A DNA stretch of 64,000 nt. Origin: Eledone cirrhosa. Its lineage: Eukaryota. The DNA lies in the NCBI GenBank assembly GCA_964016885.1, contig OZ024743.1, positions 365,304,001 through 365,368,000 on the forward strand. The letters run 5' to 3'. Below, piece after piece: positions 27,283-41,691 of the stretch; the stretch's first letter is position 1, and every line of letters begins with the position of its first letter. The notes beneath the pieces are model-generated. The model searched no databases, was not told the DNA's origin, and saw nothing but the letters and a program-made list of their open reading frames with translations. The translations under genes and the position numbers were made by a program.

Positions 27283-29347
27283 TGTATTTCTCTTAGAAAC
27301 TTGTTGACGTTTCTATGTGGGCTTACTCTACTTATATCTACCAGGGTTTTAACAACTTTATAAATACTCTTTCATTGGATAATTGTTCAACATTCTAAAT
27401 ATTTCCATTTATTCTGTCATTCACGTAGTGCATCATTGTAGTCACATGGTAAATTTATTTTCAATTGTTGTTTGTGCTTGTGGAATTTGTACAATTTCTG
27501 TCAATATATCTAAATATCCCTTATTCACTATCTTCTAGGCTTTCTACCCATATCCCTTAACGTAAACAAATGTTTAAGAATGTATAAGAATGCGTAAGAA
27601 TATGTACATATTTTGAGATACAAATAAATAATATCGTATACAGGAAAATGTAATCATAAACGAAATTTTTTACAATTTCATACATAAAAGCTCAAACATA
27701 AACAAAATAACAATCTAACACGCACGCACACACTCATAAACACAAATGTATACATATATGTATATCGGACACTCTGCCTCACGCTGGTGTGGAGAACAGC
27801 AACTTATATTTTCTTTACAAACCTTTCATCCCCTTAGGCTTAATGCCCCAACCTATAATCCACCGTGCCATATACTCTCTAACACACACTAAACATACCT
27901 CTATAATAAGTCACAAGCTTGTTAAAACATACATGCACTCTTACATACCAATCACAGTTAGATACTTTACACGTACACAATATAAACATCAACATACATA
28001 TACACGTTAAAATTTAACCATGCACTCACAAGAGGAGATATTGATCATAATGTATACAGTCTGTCTCACTTATACTCCCCTAAATAGAGTTTTTATTTGG
28101 CATAAGTTTAATATATAAAATTGATTCTCTGAGTGATATTTTATCAATTCATTGAGATGTATAAGTATTTGTGTGTGTCTATGCGCGCGCGTGCGTTTGT
28201 ATGTGTGTGTATATGTGTGTGTATGTGTGTGTGTGTAGCAAGGTCGTATATAGCCTGTTTGTTATTGTCTCCGAAACGACAGCTATTCTTTTCACAAGTT
28301 CATCGCCATATCGGCCTAATACGAAACAAATACTTTTAACACACGAATCCCAACAAATGACCAAACACAACATGAGGTCGCATTCGCCTATAAAACAGAT
28401 CACAGGGGCCAGCATCATTGAATTCCAGCGATGGTCAAGTATATGGCCACATCAGCTACTCGCTTGCTTCTCTGTATTTTCTCACTCTCTCATATTTCTT
28501 TAGCTTATCTCTCTCTCTCTCTGCACATGCCATCACAAACTCCACTGTTTATTTGCTCAATCGACAAATTCACTCCATATAAACGCAAAATATCTGTAGA
28601 TCACAATTTTGCTCCATCAGGTTGTTATGATTGCCTTTGTTTATCCACGTGATGTCCACGAAGATTTGAAACGAGGTTTTCAAATGCAATATTTGACAAA
28701 ATATATAAAACTTTAGACAAACAGGTGCATTCATGACTTCTACTTGCTTTTGTCAATCTTTTCGTGAAAACAAAGTTATGGATATGGAATTAACAATTTG
28801 CCGAGAACTTTTTAGCATACTTCTTGGGTATAACACAATTTACCAAAATTATAATTCAACCAAACTTCTGTTGGGAAATGCGGCCGACAAATAGTATCAG
28901 TATGGAAAGACAAATAGAAACATTATTTCTTAGTTCGATCTGATAATCGGCTCCTTTATTTTCATTTCTATAGATTTATAAGCAATTCAAAATATACTAG
29001 AGCTATCACTACATCTTTGTGAAACGTGGGACAGAATATAAAGTTTCTCAGATGTATTACCCATAGTAAATCAAGTAAACTACGAACAAAGATTCTGTAA
29101 GAATTTGTATATAACAATACATAATTACTGTAGTGCTAAACGGCGTCCGATTAATTAGTATCGGTCGATGTGGCTACACCAATTAATCGATAATCGGTAA
29201 GTGGACAAAGTGTGTATGTGTGTGTGAGTGAGTGTGTGCGCCTGTGTATGCCCGTGTGTAGGCATGGCACAATTTCAGATTGTTGTATGAAAACACATAA
29301 ATACAAAAAAATATGTAAACGCATCTGAACGTTAATATAATAGTACA

Positions 29348-29386
<39 letters not shown>

Positions 29387-29467
29387 TTGTATATACGCGC
29401 ACACGCATACACACATACACACACACACAAATATATATATATATATAGTGTTATAGTTTGGGAGGAT

Positions 29468-29632
29468 CTTGCTGCCAATGAAAACACACGCACCTGTTGG
29501 ATTTCACTTCAATTTATTACAAATTTCCGGCTGGTTGTTTGGTTCGATAACCGAATGGTTGTTTTTATTGGCAGCATGACCCTCCCAAAGTATAACACTA
29601 TCTGTTTCAACACACGTTTTCAAAAACGAAGT
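29468..29632 (+). repeat. Naiad-related pLTR fragment with internal inversion, in (TA)n
   Basis: ATGACCCTCCCAAAGTATAAC motif shared with 32206, 53041, 57199 and 61666. Confidence 0.7.
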
Positions 29633-30180
29633 ATATATATATATATGCAGACATACATATATATACTAAAATAAAATTATGTCAGTCATATTACACCTTA
29701 AGTAGTTCAAACGCTATATAGGGTAAATACTATTTTGTAGAGCTTCATATTTCCAAAATTATATTTAGGTGTAAAAATTTACAATATATTAAGAGTAAAC
29801 ATTGCAAGCAGAAAAAATACATTTTATAATATAGTATAATTTCTACTTACACATTGCCGTGGCTTCTTCCGACAAAGAACTAGATATTAATTAAGATACT
29901 TAATTAATAAATTAGACACCGAAAACCCATCAATAAGCATTGTTTATATATATATATAAAGGATCGATCGACTTTCGTCAAATCGGACCGAGGAAACAAT
30001 GTTTCCGTCGGTCTTTCCAGTTGCTAGTACTATCTATCGGTCGCAACTCCAGGTAGAAGGAACAACGTGAAATAAAGTGTCTTGCCCAAGGACATAACGC
30101 ATCGCCCGGTCCACGAATCGAACTCACAACCTCAAGATTGTGAATCCAATTCTCTAACCACTCAGCCACTCGCCTTAACT

Positions 30181-30249
<69 letters not shown>

Positions 30250-30496
30250 GTGCGTGTGTGTGTGTATATATATGTATATATATATATTTTTTGAGTATAC
30301 CAACACCTCAGTATGCAGGCTGGAGCACTCGACGAGGTGCGCAGGTTGGTTTGGTTACTCCGGAGTAATGTAAAATATGATATGATTCCAGTTCCTCAGT
30401 GAAATAACAACCCAACCAGGAACAGGGCATATCAGAGTATTGACAATATTATACACCTCAACAACATATGTACTTGTCTATACCACACTAATTCGG

Positions 30497-30551
30497 ACTG
30501 CCTGAAGAGGTCACAGCCAAAGATGGCTGTCACCGAAATATATATAGCAGT
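30497..30551 (+). ncRNA. Type I hammerhead ribozyme
   Basis: ACTGC-CTGAAGA-GGTCACAGCC(AAAGAT)GGCTGTCACC-GAAA-TATATA-TA-GCAGT. Confidence 0.88.
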
Positions 30552-30597
30552 AATAAACGAAGCTAAATTTTAAACATTTGACTTATTTATTTTACTT

Positions 30598-30674
<77 letters not shown>

Positions 30675-30682
<8 letters not shown>

Positions 30683-31075
30683 AGTATGTATGTATGTATG
30701 TATACGTACATACATGTATGTATACAGACGTACAGTAGTATGTATATATATATATACATACATGCACACATCTATATATGCACGTATCGGTTTACCGAAC
30801 ATTTATTATAATGTTCGGTCTGTCCGTTTGTAAACAAACAAATAGCCCGAATTACGCCGTACAGTGTTTAGGCAACCACGTCACCTTTTTGTTCAACACT
30901 GACACAGGAACGATGTGTTAGTTTCAAGCTTATTAGCTATCGTCACCATTGTATACCTTCCTGCCAGATGGTTGAACGTCCGAAAGTATATACTTTCCTT
31001 ATGCATATTAACGGCTGAGCAGTCACTTTGCATATCGAGTGAGTTCAGTCGGCCGGGCACACCGAAAACGATAAA

Positions 31076-31078
<3 letters not shown>
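30675..31078 (-). repeat. Retrozyme-like family C monomer (degenerate hammerhead 30910-30952)
   Basis: Colinear with 62960-63370; the core here reads GTGACGA. Confidence 0.75.
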
Positions 31079-31124
<46 letters not shown>

Positions 31125-31256
31125 CGAAGGAAATGTGGTAAGGAACCAGGTGGACCATAACGCACCAAAGTACTCAATACTTGAGGTAGTAGAGTGGGTA
31201 ATAGGAATCAGTAAGACCCCGACAGCTGGAGCTCAGCTGTCGGGGTCTTACTGGTT

Positions 31257-31296
<40 letters not shown>

Positions 31297-31350
31297 GTAA
31301 CAATGCTTATTGATGGGTTTTCGGTGTCTAATTTATTAATTATATATATA

Positions 31351-31896
31351 TACATATAAAATGAGATCAATATCCCCACAGGTACTAAGTACCCTCGGAA
31401 ATATATAGGGTGTCTATGATACAGTTGTTGTTTAATGGTATTAATTTGACATACCAGAACTATAAAATTGAGATAAGCGGAACAAGTAAAATTCAAACAA
31501 TCTTTCAAAATAAATTCAAAAAATATAATTTAAATATTTACCCATCCATATTGCTTTTACCGACGGTTTCGCCTCACAAAAGATTGGAAATCCGAGGGAC
31601 TTCCAATGGAAAGTTCGGCTCTTCAGAAAGCATTTTCCCTTACATAAGACATAAAGTCCCAGAGCCGGCAAATATATTGCCTTCAGCCAGCTAGTGCAGG
31701 ATCGAATGGGGCCGTAAACCTGACATACACGTGAACTGGTCGTTAATAGAAGCGGGAGTATCATAGACGTGTTGTCTGCCACACCACTAAAAATAGCAGC
31801 TAGGTAAACAACGGATTTTTACTCTACACGTGGGAGAATTTACATAAAATGAGATCAATATCCCCACAGGTACTAAGTACCCTCGGAAATATATAA
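31351..31896 (-). repeat. Hammerhead-bearing element with about 56-bp terminal direct repeats, in (TA)n
   Basis: AAAATGAGATCAATATCCCCACAGGTACTAAGTACCCTCGGAAATATA near 31357 and 31846. Confidence 0.8.
31552..31632 (-). ncRNA. Type I hammerhead ribozyme
   Basis: TGCTTT-CTGAAGA-GCC..long stem II..GGC-GAAA-CCGTCGG-TA-AAAGCA. Confidence 0.85.
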
Positions 31897-32057
31897 TTAT
31901 ATATATATACTCTGTAAGAGTCATGTTGTATTTCACTTCAATTTATTATAAATTTCCGGTTGTGTGGTTGTTTCGATAACCGGAAGGTCTCTCCTTTCTT
32001 CTGTCCTACAACATGTGTAGGACAGAACAAAGGAGAAATACACAAAATAAAGACCTA

Positions 32058-32100
32058 GTCACTGAGGACGTCACAGAATGTGTGACGAAAGAGCTTTGAC
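32058..32100 (+). ncRNA. Minimal hammerhead in Naiad-related pLTR (31925-32290)
   Basis: GTCA-CTGAGGA-C-GTCAC..GTGAC-GAAA-GAGC-TT-TGAC. Confidence 0.75.
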
Positions 32101-32439
32101 AACATATAAACAATCTTCCAATTATCAAACCAACCAACGAACCAACCGGAAATTTATAATAAATTGAAGTGAAAACTAACAGGTGCGTGTGTTTTTATTG
32201 GCAACATGACCCTCCCAAAATATAACAATATCTGTTTCAACACACGTTTTCAGATAAGTTATCTCGCAAAACAAATTAAAAAACGAATTATATATATATA
32301 CGAAGAGAGACAGTATCACGTATACCTCTTCAGTTTTGTTACATCATCCTCTTGTGCACATTACGTTTGATTACAACACAGTTTGTCGATTGATTGATGA
32401 ACCAACACCGATTGCTTGGAACGTAACCTTATTATATAA

Positions 32440-32514
32440 GTTGTCTGATGATGTCACGGCACTGGGTTCACGGAATCGTGTGGCCACTGTCGTCATTGAA
32501 ATATGTATCACAGC
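32440..32514 (+). ncRNA. Type I hammerhead in left direct repeat (32410-32565)
   Basis: GTTGT-CTGATGA-long stem II-GAAA-TATGTA-TC-ACAGC; the right repeat 37202-37363 has a decayed core. Confidence 0.75.
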
Positions 32515-33577
32515 ATTACCAATAAAAGACTTTAACATCTGATACTACTTCGCATTTTCTCATTCTAAATATACTCCGTTTTTCCTATGTGGAAAAAATG
32601 CGTCGAGTGTTTGATTTGAATTGCATCAATATTTGCCGTAAGATTTATGCTTCTATACGTAAAACGCTTTATGGTGTAACCCAGTGGTCGCCAACATGGG
32701 TTCCGCGGAACCTTGGGGTTCCGTAAAACAAACTCCGGATTCCTTAAAAAAATAAATATTTACATTACCATTAATATTTTGGGTTTTCTGAAAAAGGTGC
32801 AAAGAAAAGGCCAAAGGTGCAATGTATAAATGAACAAGTACTATTGTAGTGTACACAGGTTCTCCACTCCAATTCGTGGAAAACACTACTTTCAGTTTCT
32901 CACTTGAATAAGCAGAAAAACACTGTTCTGAGATCCGTGAAAATTGAATACTTTCAATTTCACATCTATTCTTGGAAAGACAAAGTTTTCTGAATTCCGA
33001 GAATTTGACTACTACTGATAATACACTAATTGAACTTAGAAATTGACTAATCACGAACAAGTAAATGTTGGTCGATAACAGCATAACTTTAAACTGAAAA
33101 CTTCAGTTCAGCGAGGTCTTTCAGCCGAGAGACAGGGTCAGTTCGCTGTTCTCACAACGTAAGTTCAGTAGAATGTTTTCAATAGAGAACACGTTTTAAT
33201 CTGCTGTCCTCACAAAAGCTTTAAAGTCGCCTAAAGTTTCCTCACATAGTGAACTCGCTTACTAGTCGTTTTCAACATGCATCCAGCTCTACAGACAATT
33301 CTAAATAAGAACACATTACATTCTGTTGTACTTGCAAAGAAAATATAACGCCTGTATAGTTTCGACTACTAACAAAGGTAATTTTGTATTCCATGCATAC
33401 ACTATAAACTTTGCCACACAATTATGTATTCATTTGATGACATCTGCATTCACAATTGAGAAATTACTTTATACAATAAATATATATGTCCACAAACATT
33501 TGACTAAACTTTATTTGTTCCAATCTAATATATGTTTAACGCAGCCTAAAGCCTTCTTATATTATATCTAACTTTGA

Positions 33578-33671
33578 AGGTTGACTTTGCCTTTCATCCT
33601 TACGGGGTCGATAAAATAAAGTACCAGTAATGCACTGGGTAATTGCTGGCTTTGTGCCTAAAATAGAAACA
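33578..33671 (+). mobile_element. 5'-truncated SINE nested in the hAT
   Basis: SINE 3' core flanked by 17-bp duplication ATTATATCTAACTTTGA (33561-33577 and 33672-33688). Confidence 0.9.
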
Positions 33672-34138
33672 ATTATATCTAACTTTGAGTCAAAATAGAT
33701 AGAAGATATCTGAATTAATTTCCAATACCATCGTCACATCTTCTACACTATCAGCTGATTTGCATTTTTTGCACCTTTTAGTATGGCGGATATTTAAATA
33801 TATTTACATTACCAATAATATTTAATACGACCCTAAAGTAGTATATGCAGGAAGTGCTGGACTCTGAAAAAGATTTCTTCTAGTTGTTTATAAATTTGCA
33901 CCTTTTTCAGTAACCCCTAATATTTTAATATTATTATAAGACTTTAAATAATATGTTTGCCATCCTAAAATGGAGATATTTCAATTTTTAAAAATTAAAA
34001 TTCTTTTTTAACTAGTTAAGTTTTTCCAAATATCTAAAATTAAAGTTAATTTAAGTACTTTTTGTAATAAAAAAACTTAATTTCTCTTGTTTATTAATGT
34101 CATATTAAAAATATTAACTGTAGATAGATAACCTTGAT

Positions 34139-36032
34139 ATGATGTCTACTGCAAAGAAGCTGAAGTTAGATACCAGCAGTAAGGTTAGACAGTGGTGTGA
34201 TGATTATGTTAGATATGGATTTCAAAAAGCTGACACTAAAAAAGATACACCAGATCAGCCCATGTGTTTGCTATGTTCAAAAGTTCTATCAAATAGCTGT
34301 TTAAATCCTGCAAAACTTAAAAGACACCTTGATACTAATCACACCAATGATAAAAGCAAGTCACTGGAATACTTTACTTTGCTGAAAAACAACATCAAAA
34401 AATCACAAGCTAATATGTATGACTTGTTTTGTAAAAAGTCAGATAGAAATAAAGCTTTAACAAGAACATCTTTTGAAATTTCACATTTGATTGGTAAAAA
34501 CAAGAAACCATTTACATTAGGAGAACAGTTAATTCTGCCAAGTATAAAAATTGCTACAGAGAATCTTTTTGAAAGCTGCAGTATTAAGGACAAAGAAAAA
34601 TTAAGCCAGTTACCATTGTCAGCAAATACCGTAAAAAGAAGGATAATTGATATTTCTTCTGATATAGAAAATCAGATACTAACTGCACTAAAGAAAAGCA
34701 CATGTTTTGGTCTGCAAGTGGACGAAACTACGGATATTAATAACAAGGCTCAAATAATTTGCTATGTACGGTTTGTAGACCTTGATAAAAAAGAATTAGT
34801 AGAAGAGTATTTGTTTTGTCTGGTATTAGACATCACAACTAAAGGTCAATATATATTCAATAAAATTGAAGAGTATTTTAAAAAAATGGTGTATCTTGGA
34901 GCAAGTTGACTTCAATAACAACAGATGGAGCAGCTGCAATGACTGGTAAAAATTCTGGTTTGATTGCAAAAATTAAAGAACAGACCCCAATTGTATTTCA
35001 AATCATTGTATGATTCGTTGAGAGGTTTTGTGTTCAAAAAAATTCAAAGACAGAGATGCTCAAATATTAAATGACCAGCTGAAAGACATTGTCAACATTA
35101 TCAATTTGATCCATGCAAGAGCAAAAAATTCTAGAATGTTTGAATCTATTTGTGAATCTTCTGGAAGTAATTATAATAGATTGTTATTGAACAATGATGT
35201 GCGTTGGCTGTCTTTTGGGGATGCTATGAAGAGAGTTTTTGAACTGAGAGAAAAAATAATAGTTTTTCTAAAAAAACAGAATGATGAAAGAGCAAGTGTA
35301 TTAGAAACCAATGAATGAAATGTGCAACTCGCTTATTTAGTAGACATTTTTGGTGAACTGAACAAACTAAATAAGTGTCTTCAGGGTAACAATGCAGATA
35401 TTTTTACTTCAATCAATTTTATTACATATTTTCAATCAAAATTAAACATCTTTATAAAAAGAATTGAATCGGACAATTACTCATTACTTTCAAACCTTGA
35501 AATAGAGCTTAAAAAGAGAGAAGATTTTGACTCCAGCAATCTAAAGAAGATTATTCTTTCTCATTTAAATGTGCTTTCCACAAGTTTTTCAGATTATTTT
35601 GACTTGATGGAAAAAGATATTGTTAGCGGAAATTTATGGATAAAAAACCCGTTCACCGAGATCGAGCAGTTAGTGTCAGAAAATGACGCTGGAAATTGTA
35701 AAAATTTAGTACCTGCACAATGCTTACATCAGTTCATGGATTTGAATTCAAACGAAGACCTAAAAGTGATATTCGAAAGCAGAAAGAAAGAACTATGGAT
35801 CGACTTATTCTTGATTGGGTAGTTTAATGAAATCAGCCAACTTGCATTGAAATATTTGACTTTATTCCCATCTAGCTACTTGTGCGAAGGGTTTTCGCAG
35901 TTGGTAGAAATCTGCACAAAGAAGATTAATAAACTGTCAGCAATTGACGAGTGTATGAGACTGGCATTAACTAGTGTTGAACCTCGATTTTCTAAACTCA
36001 CTGATGAGGCGCAGCAGCAGAAAAGCAACTAG
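34139..36032 (+). pseudogene. hAT (Buster-like) transposase pseudogene
   Basis: BED finger CLLC..LKRHL...H, LQVDETTD, TTDGAAAM (out of frame), VRWLS, LAYLVDIF, FPSSYLCE.FS; broken by frameshifts and stops. Confidence 0.93.
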
Positions 36033-37356
36033 TCAATTGTGTTCGATTACATACACACGCATGAAACACTAAAATAAATAAATACTTTATTTTTTTTTTT
36101 TTTTAAAGTTTTGTATTGTATAGGTTCCGTAAGAATTCAAAATATTTAGAGGGTTCCTCGGTTTTAGAAAGGTTGGCGACCACTGGTGTAACCAATATAG
36201 TGAAGAAGTGAAGGCAACAACCATCAGCTGCACCCGGAAGTTCCCTCCACCATGGATATCCCTACTACTGGATGAACTTAAAATTATAAACAATCTTTCG
36301 ACCAGTGAAATAGGCGGACCTGAAAGCAACGTAAAACCTCTTATTTTCCTGCAGCAATTTGCATTTTGCACTGGGGCCCCCTCATTTCACCCGACAATGG
36401 ATTTTTATATACACTTTTCATGGTCAAATTGACAAACATTTCCACCACTTCTACCTTCATCTCCATACCGATACACATGTTTGCCTTTCTCATATATATT
36501 TTTTTCTCATATTTTTTTCCCATACATGTTCCCTCTCTCATTTTGCATCTATGTACCTTTTCTTTTTGGTTTTGTTTTGATTCATGTGGTAGAAGAAGAA
36601 GATATTAACTAATTCTTTACCTAATTACTACGTTTCATACCTTAATTTATCTTCTGTTCTACTATACGGTACTATCCTTCAATATATTGATAATATATCT
36701 GAAGTATTCAATATTGAACCCCTTTTCTACACTTCTTACTTTAATTTAAACATCTCCCTATTTACTCTTTATATATATATTTTTTATTCACTTCAATCAA
36801 GATTTGAACGTTTAATTTTTAATTTCCACTGTGAAACCATAATATCTAGAAGTAAGTTTATATTCTCATAGCGGGGATGGTCAACCGCATTGTCCAGGCA
36901 TAGATTAGGGGTAGTAGTAAGGCCTATTGAAACTCATACTCTGCCACCACCCCTAGATTTCGGTTAGCTGCCACTCGCAGTATACTTTAACAGTGTCATA
37001 TTACAAATCTGGACGGGGTAATCGTATGGTTGGAGGAGGGGGGGGGCATGCCTAGGCTAGTTTTTGGTGAGTTTGGTGTAGTGGATAGTCAGCTTTCGTT
37101 TGCGCCTGCGCAGGATTGCGGAGGTGAATTGTTGACCACAGGGGAACTGGCAGGCGATTCAAGAACACAGGCCTTGTCCGTTCCTATGTCATTTCTGTTC
37201 GGATTGCCTTGAGAACGTAACCTTTTTATATAAGAAGCTGTATAATGATGTCATGGCACTAGGTACACGGAATCGTGTGGCCACTATCGTCATTGAAATA
37301 TGTATCACAGCATTACCAATAAAGGAACTTAAACATCTGAAACTACTTCGCATTTT

Positions 37357-37509
<153 letters not shown>

Positions 37510-37590
37510 AAATTATATATACATATATATAAAATCATACATGGGAAAAGCAAACAAGATAAGAAAAGATCTTTACCTACCTACTTTAAT

Positions 37591-37668
37591 GTCCCTACTG
37601 CGGTTTCATTGAGAAAATAACGATACTCTGTGTAGAGCATCACGAGAAATCTCAAATCATCAGGAGAC
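37591..37668 (-). ncRNA. Type I hammerhead ribozyme (family D)
   Basis: GTCTC-CTGATGA-T-TTGAGA..TCTCAA-T-GAAA-CCGCAG-TA-GGGAC. Confidence 0.8.
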
Positions 37669-38011
37669 TTTTTTGGTTCAGAAAGAAAATCCAAGAAAAT
37701 ATCGAATGGAAGAACTATCATGTGACAAGTGACCAACAGGAGGGTAGTAAATGTGGACATTGGCAGGCTACGTGCTACTAGAAAAAAGTAGTTCGATTCG
37801 GCCAAATTTTGTCTCTACCATAAGGGAGTGTATTATGAATTAGATGAAGAAGTATATATATCTGTACGCTAGAATAGATACATACAAAGGTGTCCAACCA
37901 ATACTAAATTTGACTGTATGAAAGAATTAACAAAATCAACACATTCAGAGCTTAATAAAATCATATTTGGGAAAAGCAAAGAAGATAAGAAAAAAATCTT
38001 TACAAACTTAC

Positions 38012-38049
<38 letters not shown>

Positions 38050-38190
38050 CATAGACATACATATACATATGATAAAATCCAACCATTACCAGTTTTGCTC
38101 AATGAGGGAATTAATAAAAATCAATTTATCAGAGCATAATAAAATCATATTTGGGAAGACAAGGTAATGAAAACATTACCTATTCACTTT

Positions 38191-38266
38191 GATGTCCCGA
38201 CTGCAGATTCGTTGAGTAATCGCTGTTTTGAGTACAGTAAGAAATCTCAACTCACCAGGGAACGTC
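38191..38266 (-). ncRNA. Degenerate hammerhead, diverged tandem copy of family D
   Basis: GTTCC-CTGGTGA-GTTGAG..CTCAAC-GAAT-CTGCAG-TC-GGGAC. Confidence 0.6.
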
Positions 38267-38541
38267 TCAATCAAGAAAAAATTCTTCCGAGTTATCCCCG
38301 CTATCAGCGATAATTTCGAATGAGAGAGCTATCACGTGATTTACGGTCAACAGTAGGGCAGCGGTTGGTGGCAAGTAACGGGGCTCCTAGCAAAGCAGTC
38401 CGATTCAGCCAAATTTATTCAATCTTAAGGGAGCAACTAATAGTCGAGACATCAAAGTGAATCGGTCAATTTTTCTTTATCTTGTTTACTGTTCCCATAT
38501 ATATATATATGGGAACAGTAAACAAGATAAAGAAAAATGTA

Positions 38542-38585
<44 letters not shown>

Positions 38586-40345
38586 TGTGTGTGTGTGAGA
38601 GAGAGAGATAATCAACACACATTCTTTAGCTCACACACATACATATGCACACATTTATATAATTTATTTCTCCCTTTCCTAATTTGTACTGAACAAGGTC
38701 CCGTGTGGTATTTTATTTATTTATTATTTATATTTTCGTAATTCTGTCAACGATCCCTAGAAATAGTCTAAACATTCCAATTTCATCGGTAGATATTATC
38801 AAAGACTACGTGAAACATCTAGTTTGGTGGGCCCTTATCTGTTTAGAATAAAGCGCCAAACACTTCAATGTCATTCCTTCGCAGCTGCATGGAGAAAGTT
38901 TTCAATAACAACATATAAAAATAACAACAACAAAAACAACAATGTAAATAAACAACAACAGAAAAAACAACAATAAAAAACAAAACAGCAAAACAAATAG
39001 CAAACAAAACAACAACAGAATTGTTATGATAATAAGTTTCGCTCACACATTCGTTGTCATACAAGGTCACACATGTTTAAGGGGAGGGAACTGTATAGTC
39101 GATTGAATCTTACTGAGGCACATAATTTGGGGGCGGGGAGGGAGGGGGGAGGAACAGTAGAGGAATAGCTCGTACAACCTAGGGAAACATAAGGCAATGT
39201 GACTCCAGTGGCTGTTGAACTGAGAATGGGAAGGGCGATGCAACTAAAAACATTTTATTGAGCACTCTATTATGTTTGCTAGTTCGACCAATAAAAATAA
39301 ATATATATTCGTCGTCGTCGTCGTCGTTGTTGTTGTAGTGTTTATTGTTGTTGTTATTATTGTTATTGTTGCTTGGTGGTTGTGTTTAACTCCAGTTTAG
39401 AACCCGATTGAACAGATCTTTGATCAAAAGCGTTTCAGATTTGATCATCCCAATTAAGAAACACGTGTTCCCTTAATTTTATAAGATTTGAAAAGGATTT
39501 GGCCGCCATTTCTAGCAGGTTGAGTTATTACGTAGATACATTATTATTAGTTTTAATATTTGGCAGTAATGTTAGAATGTGAAACAAAATACCTCGTGGT
39601 ATTAGTTCTGGTTCTCTGTGCGCTGAGTTCAAATCCCGCCGATGTCAGCTTTGCTTTTCATCTTAGGGTCTATGAAAGAATGTGTCATTTCAGTGAGGTT
39701 GAATGTGTGCAATTTTTCAGAGCTTCTATTGAGATGTTTTGTAGTGCTTGTTAAATGTCTTTGCATTCTAAGTTCAAACCAAACCACGGCCTATTTAGGC
39801 AGTAGACTTAATCCGTCCCTCAGTTTAAAGCTAGAATCGGGTCCTTGTGTAATTTTACCAGAATCTTCACTGTCGCAGGCATTAACGCCATGTTTTGGGT
39901 TTTGCGATTCGTTCTTTCCTCCACGACTATAAAAAATGATAAAATATTTGATATATACACAATGTCACATTTGTGAGATATTGATGATAGTTGATAACAT
40001 CGGCTCAATGACTGGTACATGAATTTATTGATCTCTGTTAGGAGGAAAGACGAAGTCGATGGATTTTGAACGTAAAAGGATGTAACTAAATAAGGCAAGA
40101 TGATCTACCAATCTACTTTAAATATAAAGTATGATAATGGTTCTAAGACTTTGTTTTTAAACAAATATGTCGCCCATTATCTAGGATTTTTATATATTTG
40201 TAAACATATCGGTACACGCCTCACACACACATATATATACATATTCAAACACACACAGACACACACATTTATATCTATATATATATATGTATGTATATGT
40301 ATATGTATATATATATATATACATATATATGTATAAATATATATG

Positions 40346-40377
<32 letters not shown>

Positions 40378-40424
40378 TATACACATACATATTCATAAAT
40401 ATGTGAATATATATATATATGAAC

Positions 40425-40579
<155 letters not shown>

Positions 40580-40712
40580 CGTCTTTATATACAAATGGAA
40601 ATTTTTGTAAATGTTGGTATTTGTGTGTATTTTACATGTTTGTTTTTATAGTTGTTTTGGTTTGGCATTCTTTATGCTCTGTTTTCAACGAACACTGAAT
40701 GTTCTTCTTTAC

Positions 40713-40749
<37 letters not shown>

Positions 40750-41545
40750 TTGTGTATGTAAAGGAATATTAAAATTCGTTTACAAAATATTATTCAAGTA
40801 TATAATTCGATGTATTTCGTCTGAGAAGCACACTTCAGACCTCCCGTGATGTCTGTTATAGGGCAGCTGTTAAACTACACTAGTTTGTTCTAAGACTATA
40901 TATTATGTATTATGTTTTTTTCTCAGTGCACTAGAAATTGATATAACAATCGTGGGAGGGTAAAGTTTGCTATGGAGAATAAGAATTACATATTTTACAA
41001 TATATACGCCAACGCCTAGTGTTTTCAGTTCAAGTCCCATCAAGGCTGAATTGTCTTTATGATTCAACGAAGTATCAGTTATGGGTTAAAATTCATATTT
41101 TTTTTATTGTTTGCAAGCCAGTGGTATATCGTTTTTACATTTTAGTGAGGGAGAGAAGGGTGCTGCCCAGGACTATTTTCGAGCCTCCGAGACTTATGAG
41201 AGAAGGGAAGAAGGTATTCTGAAACCAAAGACCAGGCTGTAATGCTTGCAACAAAGTTGATCCCGTGAATGGTATCCAAACGCCTGATGGAGTGAAATCA
41301 AGTTACATTCTCCTACATTTGGCAGTGATGGACAGTCTGTGAAAAAGCCAAAACACCACAACCCCGCAACTCACACCAACCATCTCTTCGTTATAATCCT
41401 TCCTCCTCACATATCACACATACCCAAACATTCCTTCCAGCAAAACCAATAATCAAAACAAACTGTAACTGACCACCACAAATGAGTGTGAATCGTTATA
41501 TACTTTTTGTACGCCATAAGAGGTTCATTCTGTCATTACCACAAC

Positions 41546-41637
41546 AGAGGTCTGACGAGCTTTTGATTCCAGATTTGGGCTAGATCGATAGAGATCGAAC
41601 CTTGAGCTGATCAATAGCGAAACGCGCGTCACTACTC
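41546..41637 (+). ncRNA. Type I hammerhead ribozyme
   Basis: CTGACGA-GCT..long stem II..AGC-GAAA-CGCGCG-TC; stem I imperfect (GAGGT / ACTACTC). Confidence 0.75.
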
Positions 41638-41691
41638 AATATACGTAATGAAGACATAACAAATCATCCTTTTATTATTATATTTATCCTA

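Larger units (their letters stand above)
32682..36185 (+). mobile_element. Full-length hAT transposon, Buster/Charlie type
   Basis: Perfect 14-bp TIRs CAGTGGTCGCCAAC; 8-bp TSD GTGTAACC (32674-32681 and 36186-36193) with central TA. Confidence 0.96.

Noticed and set aside
28385-28425. TATA box plus Inr-like site
   Set aside because: Common by chance in AT-rich DNA; no downstream exon evidence.
29958-30020. 3' half of a hammerhead (minus strand GAAAGTCGATC)
   Set aside because: No CTGANGA or TTGANAA core found upstream; truncated.
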